The position numbers and the translations under genes were made by a program. Under the pieces are notes generated by a model. The model was given only the letters and a program-made list of their open reading frames with translations. It did no database searches and had not been told where the DNA came from. Below are positions 37,799-48,599 of a DNA stretch of 64,000 nucleotides, in pieces. This stretch comes from Mobula birostris (Eukaryota): assembly GCF_030028105.1 (NCBI RefSeq), contig NC_092379.1, positions 25,165,821 through 25,229,820 of the forward strand, read 5' to 3'. Numbering within the stretch: position 1 is the first letter of the stretch; every line of letters begins with the position of its first letter.

Positions 37799-40097
37799 GT
37801 AAGAAGCAAAAACTTGCTTTTCAAAAACTGTTCCAATTGAAATTTAACTCCGTACTTAGTTTATGGTTTTGTTATGCTTTCTTCTGATTATGTTTTGCCT
37901 TCAATTGAACTCGGGATTAATGTCGCTTTGTTAAATAATTTGTGATTCTGCCGAAAGTAGATCGTGGAATTCAGCTTATTTTAGACATTTTGATACTAAA
38001 ATATTCGCGATTTATATTAATTTGCTCAAGTAACTGATGGCCTGACTCCTTTTCAACATCGCGATTCTCAGATTGCTTGGAATCGCAGCTTTGATAAACT
38101 TAAACAATATATGTCCATCCTGTACAAAGGCAGATTTTCCATTTCAATCTACAGTATTTCTCCTACATGTGGGGAATATAAAGGAGGACGAATGGGAGTA
38201 TAATATCATCTCGCTTATGAACATATGCATTCATTCGTGGAATTGCATTATCGACTAGTGAACCAGCGCCCAACATGGCTTGCAGAGGGGATTTTTTTTT
38301 TTCTAATCAAAAACTGCAGCACTTCAAGAATCACAGACCCGAAGATTTATCCATCCATATAAGTTGATTTATCGTGGTGTTGCAACTAGAAGTATTATCA
38401 CAGTAAAGACAAAATGTTGATATTTATGAAGCGATCCATGGAATAATAATACAAGTATTGTCGGATTTTTAGCGTTATTTCAGAGAATGTGTGTTCTCGT
38501 TCTTCCCACTGCCTTGAGGCTTTTGAGCTGTTAGATTTATTTTCTTTTTTTTTTCGTTTTTTTTCTTTTTTTTCTTTTTTTTTTGCAAAAGGTTGGATAA
38601 AATCAATGTATGGAGTTTTGTTTCCCCCCCCCCCCAACATGGAAGAAAATCTCAGACCTGATACTTAATAGGTCGAATCATTGGATTTCAAATTAGACAA
38701 TAAGACCACAATATCATGAATGAGAAGGAATTTCTTTCGGTATAAAATATTGATTCTGCGAAATCTGTTTTTATATCGGATTGCGAGAGTCGCCTGAGGA
38801 GTAGTGGAACTGGGGATTCTGAGGAGGTTAAAAAAAAAGGTTTAAGAGAGCACAATCAATAGGCAATGCAGAAGCAATGGCAAAAATGGTCATGTGATCT
38901 TATCGATCTACCTGAAACATATGTATTTGATTCTTTCTTTTCGTCAGATATAGGTAGTTTGCACTGATATATTTTTTTGTACTCAGACGACAAAAAGAAA
39001 CTGGACAAACTGCAGTTAAACATAGCTACGTTTTGAAAAGTATAAGTTGTATGGCGGAATCGTACTTCTACCCATTAACCCAAACACCAGCATATATTAA
39101 GTGAATCATCAATTTAAAAAAAATGAGTTTCATCAGCCATAAACGAGGAAAATATTACGAATAATGTCAAATTATGTGAATTCGGAACTTTAACCAATAT
39201 CGTAGGAATGCCAATACGGCATTATATCTTAAATACTGTCCATGAAATCAAATTCTTATTGTGATACTGTGGGCTATTTTAATAATTTGCAAACTGCAGA
39301 CAAATCAGTGATATTGATTAAATAACCTTCGCAAGATCATTGCAGTGAAATTGTTTTGATGGGTTCTATTTTGAGATCTTAGCAGGTTTGGCATTGCTTC
39401 AGAAAGGCGAGTAGTATTGTGGATTCTATTGCGGGGTTTCATCATTTGCTAAGAGAAGCAGCAAGTGTTTCTACCTTATTAATTGTCACATGAGATTACC
39501 AGAAAAGCACAATTAATGCACTATCCACAATGTTGCTGTTTTAAACATTCTTATTAATATATCAGTTTAAGAATGAACATTTAAAAGTGCAGAAACCAGA
39601 AGTCGAAGAGGAAATGAATCAGGTGTTTATTTTTTATTTTTTTTTTAATGTGGATCATGCCACATGGACGGAGGAAGAAAACAGTTTTGTTATTTCATCT
39701 TGAAAATACTTTGATTGGAGGTTTGACTGAAGGGTCTTTAAGCTAAAACTTAAAGTCTATTAGTTTACACTCAAATATTTCGAAAGTATAAGACTGGGAA
39801 GTTTGAACACTACAGGACAGTGCAAGTCATTCGGCCCACAAAATTGTGCATACTTCTTCACGTGCTCTCTAGTTAACCTAACTACGAGTATAACACTCGA
39901 GGTTTTTCTCCAATATATGTTGGTGTCTAATAGTTTCCTAAATGTCGCTCAACCATGTGCCTGTCCTATTGAATTGGCAGAGTATTCCACGGTAAGCCAC
40001 TTTGTGTGTAAACCATTGCAATTCAAATAGACAAACTGAAATTTCGTCACTGATATCTGCACGAATATCTATGTTATTCTAATACCGTGTGACTGTG

Positions 40098-40178
40098 CCG
40101 GCCGGCGGTGTAGTGGCACCTGCACTGGACTTGGAGGGGAGGTAGCCCCGGGTTCGAATCCGGTCGGATGAAAAAAAT
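40098..40178 (+). mobile_element. tRNA-derived SINE head in the J-C intron
   Basis: A-box-like GGTGTAGTGG, B-box GGTTCGAATCC, short A tail; no complete cloverleaf. Confidence 0.55.
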
Positions 40179-40860
40179 AGTGTAACTGTATTGCAGTTAA
40201 CTGTCGTGATCTGTACGATATGACAACATGAACATTTGTTAATAGATTTACTTGTGTAGGATGCTTTCTGAGAACGTTGTGAACTTTATATTTCCCTCTT
40301 GCATACTATTGCGAGGGTGACATTTAAATCTCACAAATGTAATCTTTGCAATCTGTGTGACAGTTTTATAGATATGGGATGTAACTAGGAAACTTTATAG
40401 CAACATTTCCTCGACTAGTATCATCCGATCGTTCAAAAAAAAAATGTTTGGAAGGCTCTGAGGACATAAATACCTGAATTTCGTGAATACTACGAATTCT
40501 TTTAGTAAATTAGTGCATAGGATTGCATTGTTGCATTGTGTGAGATATCAAGGTTTGGAGAATATCCTGAAAGTTAATTTATGAGACTACGGTCATTCTA
40601 GATGAATATCACGCTGAATTGCGTAGAATAGCAATGAAGCACTTTATATATATATATATAGTGCTTACATTTACCACTGCCACTCAAGGTGGTGTTCTCC
40701 AATTAAACTACGACTTTTTTTTCGAAGGATCCTCTCACTTTCAAATGGCTGACTGGCACTAAGAACACAAGATTATAAAATGCCTGAATCCACTATTGTA
40801 TAAATGTGTAACCTACCTCTATGGCCGTTCGTTGTGCTGTTAATTGTGCAGGCATTGTTA

Positions 40861-41134
40861 CAGCTGGCTTCCGGAGAATCAGTGTAGGAAGAATTAGTCA
40901 CCTTCGGCTGCCTGGCGACGAATTACTCCCCTGTGGATATCAACATCTCCTGGAAGAAAGATGAAGCCACAATCACAACAGGAATGAACACCTATCCGGC
41001 TGTGTTGAACAAGAAAGGAACTTACACGCGCAGCAGCCTATTAACTGTCACGGAGACACAAACGGGCAGAAGCGCCATCTATTGTGTCGTTAAGCATCAA
41101 CATTCAGTCCAGAAAGTCAAAATGTCATGGCCAG
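40861..41134 (+). pseudogene. IGHM: Cmu1 exon with damaged 5' end
   Basis: EELVTFGCLATNYSPVDINISWKKDEATITTGMNTYPAVLNKKGTYTRSSLLTVTETQTGRSAIYCVVKH...; C-W-C intact, donor G|GTTAGT intact; in-frame TAG at 40885-87 and no strong in-phase acceptor upstream. Confidence 0.85.
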
Positions 41135-41333
41135 GTTAGTGTTAGGATAAACTGAGGGTAAAAATCATTTAGAGCATGTGAGGTTCAAAAATAAGACAAA
41201 GTATATTTTAATTGTAGTGAAAGCACATTAATGTCTTCTGAAGATTCTATTCTCCAAGCCACGTTCAATCACTGGTTGCCTTTGGAACACCAGATACTAT
41301 TTTGTAACATACATTTAGATCCTATTTCCACAG

Positions 41334-41500
41334 ATGTATTACCAATGGTGGTGCATATTTGCAGTTCATTTGGCATTATCTTAGCTCTCGACTTATATAA
41401 CGCCTAGTTGTTTGTACCTCCACCGTAAAGAAAGGTTTTTAACTTTGAGTTCTTTCTCAGAACAAACGTGTGCGAGGAACACGGAAAGCCTGAGAAGGTC
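41334..41500 (+). pseudogene. IGHM: eroded, truncated Cmu2 relic
   Basis: Acceptor TTTCCACAG about 200 bp after Cmu1; starts DVLPMVVHICSS and later reads VCEEHGK, echoing the DIVPPTV...SS and CExNG motifs recalled for shark Cmu2; stops and deletions; ends at a poly-T tract. Confidence 0.45.
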
Positions 41501-41598
41501 GTTTTTTTTTTTTTTTTTTTTTTTTTTTCTCTGTCTCTCTAAAGTAATGGAACTGTGCCAGAAATCGCGAAGCGCTTCGTGAACTGTAAACATTTAAA

Positions 41599-41629
<31 letters not shown>

Positions 41630-41699
41630 TTATCTCTTTACGCAGTTAAAAAAAAACAAGTAAGCTTCAATAAATTCACTTACTGACACTTTCCACTTA

Positions 41700-42560
41700 T
41701 TTCAAAAGGACAGAGGATATAACACAGAAACAAGTACACAGCAGAATAGACATATCTATTGCACTGAGGTTTTCAAACACTTGAATATCAATCTAACATA
41801 TTTTCCCATAGAGCACTCATTTTTCTTCACCAGCATTACACTCTCTAAAATACTTCTAATGTATCGATCTCTACAATTACAGAGTGTTCAAACTGTCTAC
41901 TTCAGTTATTTTCCTTCTTACCTCTTACTTAACGGGAGGTAGGTTAGAGAAAGGTCTCGACGAAAGCCGATATAAGTCACAAGTTCACTCCACAATCAGT
42001 GTTAACTGAAGCCGTGAGAACATTACCCACGTCATACAACACTGCAGACAACCGTGATAATGATACCCACCAACATTCATTATCAAAAGAATAATATTCG
42101 CTGGCCTACAATCTTCTGGTAGTACTCCTGTGACCAGTAAGAACACAACGACTACAGCCAAAGGTGTAGCTATATCATTTTCGAATTCCTCTGGTAACAT
42201 ACTATATATGTATGCTTTATAGCCCTCCAGCCCTTCTGATTTATGTATCCATTTTTTTGTTGTTTCAGCACTGATTTTTCCAAACTTAATATTACCTGGC
42301 AGAATAGTCAATTCTATGGTGATTTTTCGTGTCTCAATCCTGCACTCGTAAGATCCTTCTTATGTAATTTCCTGCCGACTTTTGGAAATCTCAAGCCCCC
42401 TGTCTGAACATTCCATCCAAACGCCTATGTATGTGTTCTTCGTTCTCTTGACTGAATGCCCCATTGTCATATCATCCATGTTACCTTACTCATCTCTCCT
42501 TTCCGTGTTTCACTGTGACACGCCATCCAGAACTCCAGTGCAGATGCTCTTTAAACTACC
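41700..42560 (-). mobile_element. decayed CR1 fragments in the C-region intron
   Basis: ORF 41985-42311 (TGVLPEDCRPANII) resembles the CR1 linker. Confidence 0.55.
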
Positions 42561-42610
42561 AACAGGTCTCCACTCGATATTTCCCTGAGTATATATTTTT
42601 CCAATTTACA

Positions 42611-42830
42611 GACCCAAGGTTCTTCCTAACAAAATCAGAATCAGCTGTCCTACGGTAAAACACTTCCATATATTGACTGCTTACATTTGCCCAATGCTAG
42701 GCTGCTGTCAGAGAGTCATAGATACGACATCCAAAACGCTTATCCAAACGGGGAACTGTCACTTGAAATGGTTCAGCAACAGGTTCCAGTCAAAGTGTCC
42801 TCTCCTCTAGTTGGCGTGTCTTCTTACTAT
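42611..42830 (+). pseudogene. IGHM: heavily eroded Cmu3 relic
   Basis: Acceptor TTTTTCCAATTTACAG; phase-1 frame DPRFFLTKSESAVLR*NTSIY*LL..., with TGA and TAG 15 codons apart where the B-strand Cys and C-strand Trp are expected. Confidence 0.3.
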
Positions 42831-42974
42831 TTCAGGAATCTATCATTAATATATCTATTAAATACTGCTCCATCTAATTGTATTATACTAGGATGGTCCA
42901 AAACAATATTAAGATTTTTTTTTATTTTTTGGAGCATATGACAACAAGCCTGCTGCTTTTGCAATTTTTCAAAA

Positions 42975-43727
42975 TCCTACTCATCCTACTCAAGCAACAC
43001 ACATCAAAGTTGCTGGTGAACGCAGCAGGCCAAGCAGAATCTGTAGGAAGAGGTGCAGTCGACGTTTCAGGCCGACACCCTTCGTCAGGACTAACTAAAG
43101 GAAGAGTGAGTAAGGGATTTGAAAGTTGGAGGGGGAGGGGGAGATCCAAAATGATAGGAGAAGACAGGAGGGGGAGGGATAGAGACAAGAGCTGGACAGG
43201 TGATAGGCAAAAGGGGATACGAGAGGATCATGGGACAGGAGGTCCGGGAAGAAAGACAAGGAGTGGGGGAGGGGGGACCCAGAGGATGGGCAAGAGATAT
43301 ATTCAGAGGGACAGAGGGAGAAAAAAGGAGAGTGAGAGAAAGAATGTGTGCATAAAAATAAGTAACAGATGGGGTACGAGGGGGAGGTGGGGCCTCAGCG
43401 GAAGTTAGAGAAGTCGATGTTCATGCCATCAGGTTGGAGGCTACCCAGACGGAATATAAGGTGTTGTTCCTCCAACCTGAGTGTGGCTTCATCTTTACAG
43501 TAGAGGAGGCCGTGGATAGACATGTCAGAATGGGATGGGATGTGGAATTAAAATGTGTGGCCACTGGGGTATCCTGCTTTCTCTGGCGGGCAGAGCGTAG
43601 ACTTGACTTCACCTGTGAGTCGACTGGGGTGATATACTGCGTACGGTGCTCCCGATGTGGCCTTTTATATATTGGCGAGACCCGACGCAGACTGGGAGAC
43701 CGCTTTGCTGAACACCTACGCTCCGGG
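42975..43727. mobile_element. Penelope-like fragment with GIY-YIG endonuclease remnant
   Basis: FTCESTGVIYCVRCSRCGLLYIGETRRRLGDRFAEHLRS at about 43607-43727. Confidence 0.85.
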
Positions 43728-43931
43728 TACTTCAAAAACCTTGTCTCTTACACAGGAAAGTGATGCCGTCCTCCATGGCATTTTCCACAATCTCGGACTG
43801 AAAACTATCACAGAAGTGAAATGTTGTGCTTTTAATATTTCTGCAAAATTACGATTTCTGCCCATCTAAACTATCATCATTTCATCTCTTTCCTTCCCGG
43901 TATAATAATTGTTCTCCCCGTTTCTATGCAG

Positions 43932-44323
43932 CTGATAATCCTCAGAAACTTTCCGTCTTTGTCCTTCTTCAGCCAACAAGTGAAGTGTCCACAGAGAACA
44001 GCGTCATCCTCACCTGCCTAGTGAGAGGGTTCTCGCCTCGCAGGATTTTCGTCACCTGGACGGTCGATGAAACGCGGGTGGACTCACGCAACTATACGAA
44101 TACTGCAGTTGCGGCAGAGAACGGCAACAATTCTTTCTTCATGTACCGCCTGTTGTCTGTTCGTTCGGAACAGTGGTCCCAAGGTGCTTCTTTCTCCTGT
44201 GTTGTGGCACATGAAACCCTCCCGATGAAGACCATCACAAGAACCGTTAATCGGTCCAGTGGTAAACTTAGTTTTGTCAACGTATCCCTTGTACTGATGG
44301 ATACTGTCGATTATTGTCAATGA
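43932..44323 (+). CDS. IGHM: Cmu4 plus secretory tailpiece, open and intact
   Basis: Acceptor TTTCTATGCAG, phase 1; [10 protein letters not shown]...[10 protein letters not shown]...W...SCVVAHE...[20 protein letters not shown]; tailpiece NVS site and penultimate Cys; internal TM donor G|GTAAAC at 44261/2. Confidence 0.95.
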
Positions 44324-44350
44324 TAATTTTATCATCTGCATTAAATGTTT

Positions 44351-44366
44351 AATAAATATCAATAAA
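44351..44366 (+). terminator. secretory polyadenylation signals
   Basis: Two AATAAA (44351, 44361) about 30 nt after the stop. Confidence 0.8.
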
Positions 44367-44883
44367 TATTTTTTCCAGCAAATGTTGAACTGTCCCCAAG
44401 AGCACTTAATGTTTTCCGAGGCTTGAAAAAAATAAGACCTTAGAGGGTTTCGAGTTTTTTTTTTCTTTTTTTTTTAACATGGACCCCTATACACAAGGTG
44501 TTTTAAGACAATTGATAACTCCGTTATCAGAGACACGTTAGAACGCAATTTCTCCAGATTCGGATCCAGAGTACTGGAACTACCTGCTCCCATTCTCTCG
44601 CGTCCCATTTATTCACAACTGTAGAATAGTGTCATTTATTGCACTTTGCAGTGAAAATCGGGCCTGGGAGCAAAGTGTAACACATTTTGTAACCCGAGAG
44701 GAGCACAGTATTTTTGCACTATACGGTGACGAGGTTCCCGTACATACACTTAAATGCATATGCTCTTCCGGATAAAAAACAAACAAACAAAAAAAAAAGC
44801 ACTATAGGAATCCACTAAATTATTATCCTGGCCTGAGTATAATGATTACAATCAAATGGACACCAAGTTCTTGTTAGCAACAA

Positions 44884-45092
44884 TTGTTAAAATGCTCTTT
44901 CCAACAATTGAAATATGTGCACAACACGGCAGTCGGAGAAATATGGTTTGAACAGCAGGTCACCAATGCACACCTGCACATCACTCCAATACCTCTCAAC
45001 TTAGTCGCAGTCACTAAAAAGCACGTAACTATATATTTATCAATAAACGGGGAATAATGCATTCCTATACTGTGCGGATAAGTGAATATACT
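44884..45092 (+). repeat. direct duplication in the Cmu4-TM1 intron, copy 1
   Basis: Matches 46208-46400; first 77 bp identical. Confidence 0.9.
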
Positions 45093-46207
45093 ATTTTGTT
45101 ATGTACGTCAAAAGCAGAGAGGGCATTGTTAATTCTTTATTCATGAATATATAACTAAGACATACAAATTAAGGAAAATGGAACAATAGCTGAGAACAAA
45201 ATCTCTAGGGATCCTTTCTGAGAGGAAACTCAAGCTTATTCATTTAATTTTCTACTCAGTAAATGTACTCGTCTGATTCATCGTATTAGTGGATCTGTGG
45301 AGGCAAAAGATACCAAACTTAAGTAAGGATCTAGGGTAAAATTCAAATATCAACTCAGGCAATATAAGATCAGCTTTGTGTGAGACTATACTGATTGAAC
45401 ACTATTCTTTTTAACATGACTTTCGCACAAGTGCAAGAGAGAGAATACATCTGGAAACTTTTATATTTTTTTCATTATTTCGTCATTCTCCTTTATTACA
45501 CTTCAGTGCATTAAACTTCAGTAAAATACTTTATACTATATACTTTAGTGCAAGTATATAAACATTAGTTGAGAGATATACATATGTCTGTTTAAGCTTG
45601 TATCAGCATTAGGGTTACCGAAATCCAATCATTCTCACTTTAAACTTTCATTAATACCACAGATAATCATGTCCCTTTACTCTTAATTAAAGCATACACA
45701 CAACCAAAATTACCACATCTGTTGGACAACTACAGTCAAATGTGTGAGCGGACATGTTTGAAAATATATGCACAAGGGGAGCAGTTTGTTGCACATGTGG
45801 ACGTACAGAGAAACATCGGTTAATAAATATAGGGACATACATACCTATGAAAAAAAATACCAATATTCACAGAAGCCTACACTTAAAAAATGCTTCAGCG
45901 CAATTCCCGACAGATGGGTTTCGGACTGAGTCTTACAGCAGATACACAAACATTTGATAATATACACGATATACCACTAACTTATATTCAGCAAAAGCAT
46001 TACCAAATCGCACTATTTTACAAATACTCTCCACTATAAATTTTAAATCATAATGTTTTTTTTTTTTCAACCTTATTTCGTTCTCTATTTCTGTGCAGCA
46101 AATTGTGTTAACGATTTCTCAGGTGTGAATTTTGAAAACTAATATTATCAAACGTAATAAACCAATCATCTCTTGCGCACAACAATATTATTTACTTGTT
46201 TGAACAT

Positions 46208-46400
46208 TTGTTAAAATGCTCTTTCCAACAATTGAAATATGTGCACAACACGGCAGTCGGAGAAATATGGTTTGAACAGCAGGTTAATAACTCAAATACC
46301 TCTCAACTTAGTCGCAATCACTAACAAGCACGTAACTATCTATGTATCTATAAACGAGGAATATTGTATTCCTAAACTGTGCGGAGAAGTGAATATACTA
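46208..46400 (+). repeat. direct duplication in the Cmu4-TM1 intron, copy 2
   Basis: Matches 44884-45092. Confidence 0.9.
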
Positions 46401-46692
46401 CCTCGCTCAGAAATAACCAGAGTTAACTCTTACACTCAATGTTATACAAACAGGAATGTTCAAGAACAAGAACTTTATAAATTTAACAACTCATGCATTT
46501 TCACTGCAATTCAGACATCAGCTTATAATTGCTCTCAGCAATTATTGCTAATGATTACATTGATACTGAAATTTCATGCGAAATTAATTATATAAATACA
46601 ACTATATCGTGTTAAAAATAAGCAAAATAAGAAATACATGAGATCCTGTAGTGGGTAACAACGTGAATGTATGTCATTTTTGATCTCGGTAG

Positions 46693-46820
46693 ATGTTACA
46701 GAAGACATCCGGATTGGAGACTATGGGGAAGACACAGACAATTTATGGACAACTGCTTCCACATTCATCATCCTGTTCTTCCTGAGTATTTCGTACAGCG
46801 CTGCCTTAACTTTAGTGAAG
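46693..46820 (+). CDS. IGHM: IgM membrane exon TM1
   Basis: (D)VTEDIRIGDYGEDTDNLWTTASTFIILFFLSISYSAALTLVK with the conserved Ig TM motif; phase-1 acceptor; weak donor GTCCTA. Confidence 0.95.
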
Positions 46821-46957
46821 GTCCTAACATTTAGTTCATTTATCATTCCCTGCATTTGGAGATGATGACTAAATGTCGATGTCGTTATATCTTGAGGGGG
46901 CTAAAATCTCAGGCTATTACTGCATTTGTGTTTCCTCTATTTCTCTTGTTTTCACGG

Positions 46958-46966
46958 GTGAAGTGA
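46958..46966 (+). pseudogene. IGHM: TM2 exon (VK*) with mutated acceptor
   Basis: Polypyrimidine tract then CGG instead of CAG, then GTG AAG TGA. Confidence 0.8.
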
Positions 46967-47839
46967 TACGGTGAAAATAGGAAACAGTGATTTTTTTTCT
47001 TACTGAACTAATTATATCTGAGTTAACTTGCAAGAATGAACCACTTTTTGAAGCTAGAATAGCCATGACTGAATTTCTGTTTGAAAACTGGAATGTTCAT
47101 CACTGCAAATTTCCAGTAATTTATTAAAGCTTTGTAATATGCACAGATTAGTCGTTTCTTTCCATGAATGATGTCTCACCTTCGTTTTTCTTTTTTTATC
47201 CAACGACTCTCTTCGTGCTTCGTGCCCACCTGCGCACTTGTGCAACAAAAACAAAGTAAATCATTTCTTGAGACAGCATCTTGGATTGTTCCATTCTTTT
47301 CGCCATAGAGGAACAACACTCAATAATCACAATTTATTCTCAACATGTTATTTCAACTTTCGCAAAGATATAGAGGAGTGCAATGGTAGTCAGGTCCTTG
47401 GGACTAACGCTGGCTGTGCAGCTAAGTGGCGATGCGAAAGGACGAAAGGAAAGAAGACTAACAGTATTAGACGATTCATTAGTTTTAGAAACAGATTCGA
47501 TGAACGGTCGCGAAGCTCCTTAATGGTATATTGCTGTGAGTTCTCAACGTCAGGGATATATTGGATCGATGACACTGCATTCTTGAGGCGGGTGCGATCA
47601 GGCAGAGGGCAAGGCATGCATTAGTAGAAACGGCAACATTTGAATAAAGAATGTTGATTTGAATTGAGAGTGCAGTTAAAGAGAAATGAAGTAAGCACAG
47701 AATCTCGTGGGTAGTAATCTCTTAATTGAAAATGGGCTCAGGGTTTCCGATTTGTGGATCAGAATGTATGACTAGAAATGTTGATGCTGTCGAAAGTAGT
47801 AAAGGGACATAACATAAACCGTTGTGCGCAAATATCGAG

Positions 47840-47960
47840 AACCTGAAGAGAACAACCTGTACACTATGCCTAGCCTCATAAGGCATGCTCCCTAATCCAG
47901 GCAACATCCTTGTAAATCTCCTCTGGACCATTTCTATAGTTCCACATCCTTCCTGTAAGG
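47840..47960 (-). mobile_element. short CR1 RT C-terminal fragment
   Basis: VQRRFTRMLPGLGSMPYE motif. Confidence 0.7.
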
Positions 47961-48599
47961 AGACAACCAGACTCTCAAAGACGTCCTTCTGTCCTCCGGG
48001 ATAGGGAGGAGCAGATAAGCAGGCAGATGTTGGGAATTTGCCAAAATAACATGGTTGATGACATTGGGACTTCAGTTTCCCTACTAATTATTTTGGGCCC
48101 TCAATGTCCCTAATATTTATTGACAGTTCCTGAGCACAAAAGCTATAGATGTGGCTGAAACAATGGGGTTTACCATTGGCGTCTGTGTCCTGGAAAACGT
48201 TAATTTTATTTCCGGTTTGCTGAGCTTGCTTTCGCAATAGAAGCTGCCATTGGAAGTGCACCATCATTTGTAAGTAAACTCGAGCTGTATTGCTTTGGAA
48301 ATATAGACATTAGCGATACACTAATATTTCTGTAAAGATAACTTCGTTAAGTACAGACACTTTTCCTTGTATAAACATATCAGTTACTTATATTCGAAAA
48401 TATTTTACACATTTATTCTACAAGCATACTTGAATAATCAACATACGACACAGTTTGTCTGAAATTAGCAAAGTTAAACAGATCACTATTTTATACTTTA
48501 CGCGACCATCAATAAAACAGGTGGAGTGACTCTCTACAAATATAGATCTAATTTGCAAAATTGTTTTCCAAGGAGTGGTTTGATACCTTGAAGCTGCTG

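Noticed and set aside
40098-40170. tRNA gene
   Set aside because: A and B boxes only; no convincing acceptor or anticodon stems; followed by an A-tail, so a SINE head.
40811-40830. CCTACCTCTATGGCC resembling the PTLYG start of shark Cmu1
   Set aside because: About ten codons too far from the first Cys, out of frame and with no acceptor in front; likely coincidental.
40933-44323. IgW or IgNAR assignment
   Set aside because: The VLNKKGTYTRSS Cmu1 motif, the terminal domain with an [15 protein letters not shown] tail and the LTCKTSGF V framework fit elasmobranch IgM as I recall it; a phylogeny would be decisive.
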